Positions 39,928-52,330 of a DNA stretch of 64,000 nt are shown here, one piece after another. The stretch spans positions 104,532,001 through 104,596,000 of the forward strand of contig OX597816.1 in the NCBI GenBank assembly GCA_951406725.2, written 5' to 3'. The notes beneath the pieces were generated by a model. It was not told the DNA's origin. It was given only the letters and a program-made list of their open reading frames with translations, and searched no databases. Numbering within the stretch: the first letter of the stretch is position 1; every line of letters begins with the position of its first letter. This DNA is from Octopus vulgaris (Eukaryota). A program made the position numbers and the translations under genes.

Positions 39928-41964
39928 TTTGTATGTGTGTTTGTGTATGTGTGTGTTTGTGTTTATGCATGTGTTCGTATGTATATATGTATGTACATAA
40001 CGAACACGCATGTATATGTATCCAAAGAAAGAGAGAATTATCAGTATTCTCATTATAGTGATTTATGGTTAACAATAGATCAAACGTAGTGTCTGTATGT
40101 TTGACCAACCACAATCTTTCTACGCGGGAAGAAAATAAAATTCTTTATTGATGATATTGAGTAAAACCATGTCATATATTTTAACCCCTCCGAATTTGAA
40201 TACTACATTCTACATTCTATTGTAGAATACTACATTCTACATTGTGTATATTACCCAAGAGCATGGGCAAGTTATTCTGGTTAGTTATTTTCCTTACAAA
40301 TTACATACTAATTTTAATACTTGCTGAGGCTGATGCTTTTACCTACTACCTCCCTGAATAATCTCAGTTGATCGAATATTTTCAATTGACTATATTACAT
40401 ATGTTTACCTCTACCTTTGATTTTTACTTTGTGGCACCTCAACTCGAATTAATAATCATTGACCTTATCGTTAATACGAATTTGCCATAATTCAGTGTGC
40501 ACACATACTTGACAGTTTCTTTCATTTAAAGTTACGCAAATGTTGAAATCACTTTCTTTGGACATTTCTAAAGTATTCTGAAATTCGGTTTTATAGAATA
40601 TTTAGTTTTAATCCAATCTAGACTTCTATAATCTCGCTTAAGCTATTTCTCTTCATTCAAAATGATTTTGTCGCTATGAGAAATATCTTCCATCTCTGAA
40701 ATCAACAAAATCATCTTGTGATCTCCCTCTAATTTGGAATATTAATCTTACGCTTTGCAGCATATTCTGTACATTACTTTTGGTCCGGATAATTTCTGAC
40801 GTCAGAATATTTTCCATGAATCTGCTAGCATTGTTTGGCAACGGTGTTTATACATCTTCGTATTTCATCCCTCATCATAATTTATGAAGAGTCATTCGGA
40901 TGTTTATGTAGTTTTACATGTAAAATCATCTTATGTTGACTGACAACCTTAGTTTCAAATTCTGGCATTTTTGTTGTAATGTATATTTAACACTACATAC
41001 CTCATTGACGTCTACACAAAACAAATTTTTGCTCGTATTCAAGGGGATTTATTCTTGCCAAAATATTAAGCAGTCTTTGTTTAATATTCGTTGATATTAT
41101 GTCAGATTAATTTACAAACCAAAATATTTGACAGTTGCATAAAGAATAAATCTATCTTTCGCACAAATGGAATTTTAAACGTTTTAAGTAAGTTACTCAT
41201 ATAGTCGTCTCATTATATTATTGTTCAGTATTGAATAAAGTGGCAGAATCTACATTTGATTATATGTGTTACTGACCGATGGTGTTTATAATATAAGCGT
41301 CTGTTTATTTATCAGAAGCGATGAGTTAAATACAATCTCAGCAGGTGTTTTCAGCTTTGTAAAGACTATTCATTTGTCCGGCAGAATTTCTTTCGTAAAT
41401 CAATTATTGGCACCAACTTTATGTGCTTAGATAAGCAACCTATGAGTCATTTCATTTTCGTATATATATAAGTGTGTGTATACGCACATACGCGTACGTA
41501 ATACATGTATATGTATGTGTGTGTGTTCTTGTGTGTGTATACATACATACATACATACATACATACATACATACATACATACATACATACATACATGCAT
41601 ACATACATACATACACACATACATCTATATAAATATTTAAAGTTCATAGATCCAAGTGAAAATATTTTAATATTCATTACTTGTCAATTTAAATAAACTA
41701 ACTTGTTATTGATTTTTTACCAAATTATTTTTGTTAGTATTACCGTTCAGCTTTATGTCTGGTTAATGTAGGTTAATGAATAGGTATGCCTGCATATAGA
41801 ATTAACTACCTATGAATTTGACTTATGGCATATCTGTCTTTATTTCTCATTTATCGTTAATTATATATATGTATGCGTGTGTTTATACACACGCCCACAC
41901 ATGCACACACACACGCGTACACATATATATCTTGGAATAGTGAATCCTGAAGGACACACAAAGA

Positions 41965-42190
41965 TATTCTTTTATTCTTTTACTTGGTTCACTCATTTGA
42001 CTGCGGCCATAATGACGCACCGCCTTGAAGGTTTTTATTTTCTTCAAACAAGTCGATCCCAGGACATATTTCTAAAACCTAGTACTTATTGTATCGCTCT
42101 CTTTTGCCGAACCGCTTAGCTACGGGGACATAAACACTCCAACACTGGTTGTCGAGCAGTGATGGGTGACAAACACAAACATAGACACAC
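41965..42190 (-). mobile_element. SINE family A, 3' half
   Basis: TTTGACTGCGGCCAT, TTTTGCCGAACCGCT, TACGGGGAC.TAAACAC. Confidence 0.8.
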
Positions 42191-42354
42191 ATATATATAT
42201 CAACACCCATTTATTACATTCAGTAGTATAATTGCCATGCAATAAAAAAAAACACTTGTGTATTAATAATTGGGTATTCTACCAGCAGTATAGCAGTATA
42301 TTGGATAGATATTAACCCTTAGTTTGTTGGATTCACAACCTCTAACTCTCTTTG

Positions 42355-42396
<42 letters not shown>

Positions 42397-42454
42397 CAGA
42401 AGCGGTGAGTGAAATACAAAAGGGTTTTCAATACAATATTTACAATAAAAAAAC

Positions 42455-42775
42455 AATAGTGTCCTCTACAATAGCCTCAGACCGACGAAAGCCTTGAGAG
42501 ACAAACAGTAAAAGAAACCCATAGTGTGTGTGTGCGTGTGTGTGTGTGTATCTTTCTGTCTGTCTGTCCTCTACCACAGATGACAACCGGTGTTGCTTTC
42601 TTTACGTCGCCGTTACTTAACGGTTCGACAAAAGGGCTCTATGGAATAGGTAGCAGGTTTAAGAGTTAAAAAGTACCGGAATCGATTCGTTCGACTAAAA
42701 CTCCAACAATGTGGTGCTCCAGCATAGCCGCAGTCTAAGGCTGAAACAAGTATAAGAGAAAAGATAAGAGATAAA
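42455..42775 (+). mobile_element. SINE family A, 5'-truncated
   Basis: GACCGACGAAAGCCTTG...GACAACCGGTGTTG...GTGCTCCAGCATAGCCGCAGTC. Confidence 0.8.
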
Positions 42776-44128
42776 AACTAATATATATATATATATATAT
42801 GCACTAATAAAAATAAAAGACGCTTGCATACCTACATATACAAATCAATGCAACCATATGTATATGTGTGCCTTTGTGTATGAGTGTGTGTGTATGTGTT
42901 TGTGTGTGCACATGTTTGTGTATACATCGCCACTCTCGCACACATATATGAAATATGCATATGTAATTTTTTTCAAGCGTATATAAACATGTATATGTTC
43001 GTGTTTATTAGTGCTTGAGTGTGTGTGTTTGCGTATGTGTGTGTGTATTTGAGTATTTACTTATAACTATTCCAGTATTTGCTGCGTTTTCTATCTGCCA
43101 TATGTTTTCATTTAACAATTGCTGAATAAAATATAAATTTGATTTTTCTATTGTTTACTCGGTACACAAAAATATAACATAAAATTCTTAAAATTAGAAC
43201 TCCAATATGGAATATCTCCCCTCGAAAAGCCAAAACTGAAAGAAAATTTTAAAGAGAAAGTAAAAAATGGCTTTCTAACTTAAATTTTTAAATATGGATA
43301 TCAGGTAATTCGAACAAGGTAAACTCTTTGAACTCAGAGCAGCTGATTTTCGCTAACAGCACAACTTTCATCAAAACGTATTGGATCAGCACATCCAACA
43401 ACTTTTATTTTTATTTTATTTTATTTTAAGGTCGGATCCGAATTGAGACTTTCAAAGATTTCCATTACTGAATTTAATGAAACAATAAATTAATTTTTGC
43501 GTTAATTGCTGTTGGAAACGTTCAGTTACTTAATGCCACGCCTCTAATCTCTTTCAGTGGAAATAACCGTTCTGGGGTGTTGTAATGATTAATTTTACCG
43601 CCTTTAGTTTAATTAGGAGTAAAGCATCGTTTTAATTACTTACATAACTTAATGATCAGTCATGATATGAATACATCTTCCGAAGTTACCTCCTTATCTT
43701 TTATTATTTTTCTTCAAGCAACTTTCCCAATGCAATCTCCGAAGTAATTAGAAAATTTAACTCATGATCCCCGCCACCATCCAAAAAAGAAATGAAAGAA
43801 GAAAACGAGAAAAGAAAGGAATGATTCAATTTCCATTGTTTGATTATCAATATTTTGATTTTTTTTAATCATTCTTCGATCAATATTGAACACATGCAAT
43901 GACCTTCCAGTTTATTTATTTCATCCTTCCAATTCTGAAAGACTCACTATGTCAGTTCGCCAGTTCGGCTGCTTGCGAGTCAGTCTGTCAGTCTCTTTAT
44001 TTCTTTCTCCCTCACTGAATACTCACACACACACACGCGCATAAACGTACATACATGCATATGTACATATATGTGTTTACACACATACACACACACATAT
44101 ATGTTTGTGTGTGTGTGTGTGTGTGTGT

Positions 44129-44667
44129 AGGCCACAAAAACTGGCGGTACTGACTAGCACCTCTTTTGCTAAAAAAAGCGTTAAAATAACTCAAAGCCAC
44201 AAGGGCACTGAATTTAATGACTTACAAAGGGAGGTAAGTCCCCAGCATGCATAGTCGGATCGCAATTTCAGATTTTGATGCAGACCATCTTAATCCTCAT
44301 CAGTGACTCTTAACGCCTAGGGCTAAACTTAACTACCTCTGTCAGTCTTATAAGAAAAACCGTTGAAAACGTGTTGATTTTCAAAACGTTAAAGTGTAAA
44401 GAACAAATCGAAATGGGTGGCTTATTAGCAATTAGAACCTAAAGGCAAATAGAAGTCACAAAAGTGACAGAAGGTCCGGTGCAATTCGACTATGTACGCT
44501 GGTGTCTTACTTTCCTTTGACAGTTCAGTGCTTGTGTGGCTTTTGAGTTATTTTAAACTCTTATCTTTAACAAAAGATGTGCTAATCAGTACCCTCTGTC
44601 ACTTTTGTGACATCTATTAATTTTGCCTTTAGTTTCTAATTGGTAATACGCTACCCTTTTTAATTTG

Positions 44668-44669
<2 letters not shown>
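44129..44669. mobile_element. Penelope-like/retrozyme-like unit between (TG)n and (TA)n, with two inverted segments
   Basis: A=44146-44212 recurs inverted at 44524-44593; B=44402-44475 recurs inverted at 44591-44669; hammerhead lies between A and B. Confidence 0.65.
44253..44308 (-). ncRNA. Minimal type I hammerhead ribozyme motif, slightly decayed
   Basis: AGUCA-CUGAUGA-GGAUU/aa/GAUG-gucug-CAUC/aa/AAUCU-GAA-AUUGCGAU-C-CGACU; AUC cleavage triplet; one A.C mismatch in stem I. Confidence 0.72.
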
Positions 44670-44709
<40 letters not shown>

Positions 44710-44844
44710 CAGGGTGAGCCAAAATTTACGTACTAAAACATGCTGTTACTCTCAATTACTTCTTATTATGTGTAGCGTCTTAAATGAGTTTTGATCTTGG
44801 TGTTAGGACTTTTGGTTCACAATTTGTAAATAACTATATCTATT

Positions 44845-44923
<79 letters not shown>

Positions 44924-45298
44924 CTTTATATATATATATATATATGAATTGCCTTCTATATTTTTTCTAAATATTTCTCTCCCGCTTTCCTTCTTTCTAT
45001 TTTATGAAGATTCTGCCTCTCATGTGATGCTTGATTTGTTTTTGTTCTCTTATACAACCATTTAGTTCACATCTGCATATGTATTGTTTTCAGGAAATGT
45101 ATTTAAACATGTTTCAAACGGTGTATTCAGTATTGAAATATTTCCGAATTTTTGGGGTGGCTTTCTACTCGGAACATAACCTAGATTTTCCTTTCATGAT
45201 GCACAAGGGGCTAATAGAAATAGAAATGCCAATCAAATTACATCAGATGGCACTTTAACAGCCAATGATCTACAAACGAAAAAGACGTGATGAGAAGT

Positions 45299-45390
45299 TC
45301 CAGGCTTATACAGTTTTGACAATTTTACTGAATTAGGTCCAATCTCCAGGCTTATACAGCTTTAATAATTTTACTAAATTAGGGCCAATC
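45299..45390 (+). repeat. Tandem duplication of a 46-bp unit
   Basis: TCCAGGCTTATACAG.TTT.A.AATTTTACT.AATTAGG.CCAATC twice, about 5 mismatches. Confidence 0.9.
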
Positions 45391-47150
45391 TAGTATTAAA
45401 CAATCTCCACATCATCATGATGTAAAGCTGAAACATTGTCATCCAGGTTACGCTGTTGTCTAGGGGAGTTTTAATAATCAGAATTAACTTTTCAGTAACT
45501 GGAATTAGAAATTCATCCGTAATATCATCTGGGAGACGCTGATTGATTCCACGTATGTACTCAGTATCACTTCATTGCTGTTACTAATAATATCTAACAT
45601 AGACACAATTGCACAAATTTAAGAAGAGATAGTTGATTTAGTAGACCTCAATACTTGAGTGGTACTTTATCTTTCCTATAGCAAAACGATGAACGGTAAA
45701 GTTAGCTCAGTGGGGGCTGAACTCAGTAATTTTGCCTGACTCTCAAACCATTCTGCCTAACTATTAATCAAGGCTCAAATTTAGAGTGGGGAAGCGTATA
45801 TTCGACATCTATTATTTTGCATTTTACTTGTTTTATCGAAACTTATAGAACTATAATTATTGCAAACATAAGCGTTTTCTGGTACGTACTCAACCTAACG
45901 ACAGAGTTCCTATGTGGTCGTTTAACTTAGAATTAAATACTTTAAACAGTTTTTCCCCCCAAAAGAGCACGTCAAGCAATGTAGCTCTGGGATCCCTGCA
46001 CAAAGGAAATTAGAAGGTATTATCATAATCATAACTAAAAGGGTGTCGATCAGGACTGACTGTCGATAATACAAAAGCAACATCGATAAAACAGCAACAG
46101 CAACAGCATCAACAATAACAATAAAAGTAACCAACGTATGCTTTATCGAACCGGGAAATTAATGACAGCTCGCAAAGATGGAGAAATAAACACCTTACGG
46201 CATCTTGCATACATTCAAAGGAATGTATGTATGTACGTATGCATGTATGTAATTCAAATGTCATCGACAGTTTCATATGTGTGACCCAATAACATTTCTG
46301 TTTTTTAATCTATACATATATTTCCAAGGCCAACACTTATTCAGTTTGAGGGCAGAGAATACATTTAAGTGTAACCTGTCTCTAGAAATTATCAGTATTT
46401 ATCATGGCAATAGTGCAAAGACGTTGTTATTATAATCGTCTAGCCTCAGTTAGACTCTGATTAATCAAAATATTAACCAGATGTTTCACTTTTCATCGCC
46501 CCATACTTTTTTTTTCTTTGTATAGCCAGGATTTTTTTATTATCAAGATACAAAGTTGTGATCAGTGGAAGGGAGCGGGGAGTACATACATGATCCCCCC
46601 CTAGAATCGTAATGTAAAGTTCAACAGACAGGAAAATGGTGGTGTTTCTTTTCCTTGTTTCTTTCCTGTCATCTGTTAACGCTCGACAAATAGTTGAGAA
46701 CGAAGCTATAAAGAAATGATGACTTACCAATCCAGAAACCATTTTCTATTTTCTATCTATTATTTTACTTTTTATGACACTCATAATTACACGTTACACC
46801 CTAGTATTCGTCACTCACTCAGGACTTCAAATTTACAGATCATTTGCTGGGTTCAATCGCCTACTATAAACAGATAAACAGGTTAGATTAGATAACATGA
46901 GTGAAACATCCTTCATTAACATGTTATCTACAGATATATTCATCTGTGAAATTGGTTTTACTTCAGTTCGATATATTTTGTTTTTTAGCAACTACTTTTT
47001 TCTTTTATTTATTGACTTGCTTAAATATAAATACATCTATGTAGGAATGTATGTATGTACGTATGCATGTATGTATATATGTATGTATATAAATACGTGT
47101 ATACATACGTGTGCATATATATGTGTGTATATGTACACATATATGACATG

Positions 47151-47194
<44 letters not shown>

Positions 47195-47351
47195 CATATA
47201 TATATAATATATCTATATATATGCGTGTGTGTATGTGTATGTTTGTCTATGTACGTGTATGTGTGTACATTTATATACATGTATGTGTATACGTAATATA
47301 TATGTGTGTATTTGTATGTATAATATATACATATATATATACTTATATGAG

Positions 47352-47403
<52 letters not shown>

Positions 47404-48369
47404 CTATGCACGCAGACACACGTTCACACACACATACGTACACACGCATACATTCCCTGAACGTTACTCCATTCAGTAATTACTTTCTGATGCAAACATC
47501 AAAATAAATCAGTGTATATGTGCATATACATTGTTATATGTGTGTAACATACACATAGGTGTATATATGCATGTGCGTTCGTGTGTACGCTCGAAAGAGT
47601 GTATGTATAACTCTGTGTGTATGTGTGTCTGCTTGTGTGTGTGCGTGTGTATGTGTGTGCGTATGTGTGTATCTGTGTACGTCTGTGTGTATATGTTGTG
47701 TCTGTGCGTCTGTATGCGACAAAAACGAATAGGAAATAGAAAGTAAGAATGAAATGAAAAGAAAGAAAATTTAGGCGAAATATGTATGAGAGAGAAAGAC
47801 ATAGAGATAGAGAAAGAGAGAGAGAGAAGGGGGAAAGGTAGAGAGATAGGGTATCAAAGACACAAAGAGAGAGAGGGGGAAACAGCGAGAGAGAAAGACA
47901 GAGAATGAGAAAGATAGAGAAAGAGAAAGACAAAGAGAGACAGAAAGACACAGAGAGAAACACAGAGAGAGAAATCCAGAGAGCTAGAGAAAGACAGAGA
48001 GAAATAGAGAGAAAGACTATGAGGGAAGCAAAGGACGAATTAGAAAGAGAAAAATAGACGAGAGGGGTAGAAATAGATAAAGAGGTAATTATGTACGAGT
48101 AAAATTTGTAGTTAAATCGAACTCTGCTTCAATCGAAGCATTAAACACGTTTTCAGACATTTTCATTTTATTAAGTCAGCATTTTTATTCTAGGTAAATT
48201 TAACGTTTCAGGTGAATTGTTGAGTAACGGAATAACGGAATAGCTGATTCCGTTATACAATTTCAAAGCAATTAGATTATATAGAAGCTCTAACCTTCAT
48301 GCCATGTAACTTCTTGCTTACCTCATACTTTTGTCATACACACTCTCACTCTCTCTCACATACCAATAT

Positions 48370-48597
48370 ATTTCTTTATTGCCCACAAGGGGCTAAACAT
48401 AGAGGGGAAAAACAAGGACAGACAAATGGATTAAGTCGATTACATCGACCCCAGTGCGAAACTGGTACTTTATTTATCGATCCCCGAAAGGATGAAAGGC
48501 AAAGTGGACCTCGGCGGAATTTGAACTCAGAACGTAACGACAGACAAAATACCGCTAAGCATTTCGCCTGGCGTGCTAACGTTTCTGCCAGCTCACC
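48370..48597 (-). mobile_element. SINE family B, full length with 11-bp TSD
   Basis: Near-identical to 51957-52187; ACATACCAATA at 48358-48368 and 48602-48612. Confidence 0.92.
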
Positions 48598-48689
48598 TCA
48601 TACATACCAATACTTACATATGTATGTGTGTGTGTGTATATATATCGCTGTATGTAGGTGAAAAGGCGTTATACAATAATAGTGTTATA

Positions 48690-48942
48690 CAGTAATCCCT
48701 CGGCTATTGCGTGTGTTACGTTCCAAAACCGCCTCGCGATAGGTGAAAATCCGTGAAGTAGAAACAGTACTGTACTGTATATACTTTTAATTATTTTTAT
48801 AATTTAATTATATTTATAATTTTTATAATTTGTATATATTTATTTTATTATAAAAGCAATTGACGTAATTGACGTAAATTTAAATATTAAACCGCGATAG
48901 ATGAACCGTGAAAGTGAACCGCGATATGGCGAGGGGTTACTG
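48690..48942. mobile_element. pogo/Tigger-like MITE (253 bp)
   Basis: TIRs CAGTAATCCCTCG / CAGTAACCCCTCG with TA on both flanks; internal ACCGCGATA motifs and AT-rich core. Confidence 0.8.
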
Positions 48943-49147
48943 TATATTAATTAGTATGAGGTATATTCCGGTTGTCAGTTGTTGACTCAGGCCCTCGTGA
49001 TATCAATATATCCACGAACAGTTTTCCAATGAGTCTATGTTTGTATGTGTATGTATATGTGTGTGCTCATTTATATACATATGTATGTGTATATGTACAT
49101 ATGTATATATAGAGAGAAACACTATATATTATACATACATACATACA

Positions 49148-49183
<36 letters not shown>

Positions 49184-49757
49184 TGTACATATATGTGTGT
49201 GTTGTGTGTGCGTGTGTGTGTGCATGTATATATGTGTGTATAATATATAGTGGTCCTAAACAGAATGTGTTTAGAGTTCAAATAATCCTTTCTATTATAT
49301 TTGCAATTTAAATAATGAGAAGTATTTTGATTCATTATTATCTATCGTTGGTTTTTCGCTAACTGTTGCATTAAGAGAATTAGTCTGGACCTTTAGATAC
49401 GTTTCTTTAAACTATATATATTTATAGACCTCCCCAATTGCGAAATCACCTGCGCTTTCATTAGATATTTGTAAAGGTCCATCTTTCTATTCATATGACT
49501 TTTAAAATAATTGACGTTTTTAAAGGAAGTTCAACTCTCATTATGTTTAAAGTTGTTCTAGCCACGACTTTTTTTTAAAGATAATCTGCCACTACATTGC
49601 CTAATCTAGTTTCCATTTATATTTATATTTATATTTCTAAATCATGTAGGGAATGAACTGAACGAGAGAACACATTGCTCTAATGTTGGTATCTTTTTTT
49701 TTTAATGAGTCGCATATTTAAGATAATTTATTCATTGAAATCTAAGTATTATTTTTA

Positions 49758-49816
<59 letters not shown>

Positions 49817-50444
49817 TCTTGATACTTGTCGGAAGCGGAGGGATTTTGGCGAATGGTGAATTTTATGAAATATATACTTTTGACTTTTGCGTAACATTAT
49901 AATGGACATTCAGCTTATGTTCTGCCATAATACATGTATGAATTCTTTGATAATTCTGTGTGCTTTAGATACTAACGTGATGATGGACTCTCAATTTATT
50001 TGACTTATCGCTGAAAATTGAATATAAACGACGGCATATATATTTTTATGGTTTGTCAAACCCAGTTTATTTGCCTGTCTACCTGCTTGCTTGTAAAATT
50101 TTGTATCAATCTAACAAGACATCAACAGTGATTTCTTATCGCAAACAGCTTTCAACCAGCCTCCTCTTTCTTTATTTGCGATACAAGGTTCTTTTATTAA
50201 CTGCTATGGTGTAATTTAAAGACAGCATCTGTATTTTCTAGTGAGGCAGAAAGAAGCATGATGCTGCTTGGTTGACCAATTAGAGCAATACAAAATCCAT
50301 AGCAACCGGTCAGTTAGGCTATAACTACAAAGAGAAATCAAAGTCCTCTATAAAATGCAGTGAAACATATCGATTCACTCACTGAACGAATCCAAACTCA
50401 GCACAGTATACCACTTCACTGCTGTCTAATGTCTACTTATAGCT

Positions 50445-50615
50445 TGCAGAATTTTTAGAGCATCGTTAAAACTTCACAGTATTTGTTCCAACTCTTTATA
50501 TTCTGAGTTCAAATTTCAACTACGTCAACATTTCTTTTCCTCCCTTCGGAGCCTAAAACATAGTGTCAATCTAGAACCGGATTTGATGGTGTCAACAAAC
50601 CCTTACCCCTTAAAA
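50445..50615 (+). mobile_element. SINE family B, very degenerate
   Basis: TTCTGAGTTCAAATTTC...TTTTCCTCCCTTCGGAG. Confidence 0.45.
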
Positions 50616-50749
50616 TCGTATCACATGTATTGTGTATTACATTATGCTCTTCAATAGATTTCTTATATTAAGTTTTATTAAATGTAGGTCCTTTACGTTC
50701 TAAAGAAATACTTCAAAACATACCATATAAATATACTTAATGTTACATC

Positions 50750-52330
50750 TAGTTTCCCTGCTATGGAGCAGAACTATCTTCTTTGAAACATATACAATAT
50801 TGATTGATTAAGAGTCACATCATTGCTGAATATGCTTGATAACATTATTCAATCTGTGTATTAACAGATCTAAAGAACAATTGCAGTCAATTTGTGCTTC
50901 TCTGATACTTTTCCTGGTGTCACTTTTTCTCTTGTTAAAAAGCCCTAACGCTGTCATGTATATTTTTTCGTGATCAAATCTTGGTGGCTAGTTAAAAAGT
51001 GAGTAATATTTTCTTCCCAACTTTCTGATACGCATTGCATTATATTTCCTTGCCTATGTCTAATCGGAGGATGACAACTTTGTGCAACAAAAATGTTATT
51101 TAATATCAATTTCAATCCTGTACTTTGCAAGCAGCACTGAGACTTCGTTTCCCTATATCCACTCAGTTTTGTCAGCTATTGATTGTGCAGGGTTTTCCTG
51201 TGCAGTCGCTTTTGCATGGTATTCCGTAGTTTCTCCCTTCATTTCAGTCAGTCTTGAAAACAATGATGAATCTAGTAAAATAACTTCCTCATTTTTAAGC
51301 TGTTGTTGAAAACCTAAATTTACATGAAGTTTTTATAGAAGATGTAAGTTTAGATCACTTTAAAACAGTGCGTTTGTATTATAGAATCAGGGTTAAACTT
51401 ATATGTGTAGTTATCAAAATAGTTAAAGGGCGTTTTTTCCCACTATCTACATTGTTGTTGCACCTTTCATCTTATAATTGCTAGCCAGTTTAGATGTTGT
51501 ATGATATTTGTTGGCTTCTTTGAAGAAGCAAACAATTCGCTTCGAAACCATTTGTATTAGTTTTCTGTTATTGTTTACAGTTATAGTTGTAGTCTCACTG
51601 TGAATATTCCATAATATTCTTATTGTTGAAGACCATACCTCCCCGAAGAAGTAAATATACATAGAGTAATATACTTTTGCACAATCACGCTTTAGTTTAT
51701 TCCAAAGTATATCGTTATATCTATAGTTTTTCTGTCTAGGTAATTCATAGAGTTTCCGGTTGAAAATATTATAGCTGTATCGTATAACAGTACCAGCTGA
51801 AATATTTATGCCATTTATCTTATAATTTTCATTTCGCCATGTTTTAAATACTAACTATAAGCATCTAAAATATTTCTCCATAAACCAATGTTTTAGTTTT
51901 CGAAGTATTTTAAAACTATATTTGAGATAACACCCGCTTCACAGTTTCTATATATGTTTCTTTATTGCCCACAAGGGGCTAAACATAGAGGGGACAAACA
52001 AGGACAGACAAACGGTTTAAGTCGATTACATCGACCCCAGTGCGTAACTGGTACTTAATTTATCGACCCCGAAAGGATGAAAGGCAAAGTCGACCTCGGC
52101 GGAGTTTGAACTCAGAACGCAACGACAAACGCAATACCGCTAAGCATTTCGCCCGGTGTGCTAACGTTTCTGACAGCTCGCCGCCTTTGTTTCTATATCT
52201 AATATGTTATATGGTATTAATTTACTTTCCTCTTTTTCAAGGTTTAGTTGGTGCATTCGTTTACATTTAATCTTCCTAGTATATCCATATTATCTTTGTA
52301 GCAATATCTAAAATTGTTTAACCTCTGCAG
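50750..52330 (-). pseudogene. Degraded coding relic, tentatively viral/LTR-element envelope glycoprotein-like
   Basis: 135-codon stop-free frame at 51450-51854 in non-repetitive AT-rich DNA, plus neighbouring open segments with Cys/Trp spacing reminiscent of class III fusion glycoproteins; interrupted by a SINE. Confidence 0.3.
51957..52187 (-). mobile_element. SINE family B, full length with 10-bp TSD
   Basis: GTTTCTATAT at 51944-51953 and 52189-52198; intact A/B-box head. Confidence 0.93.

Noticed and set aside
40300-41000. Non-repetitive, possibly decayed retroelement coding sequence
   Set aside because: No motif could be read reliably.
43480-43660. TAAT-dense stretch as a homeodomain enhancer (also near 15780-16000)
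   Set aside because: Expected by chance in AT-rich DNA; needs conservation data.
44708-44740. TACAGGGTG Tc1/mariner-like terminus
   Set aside because: No matching second TIR or internal sequence found.
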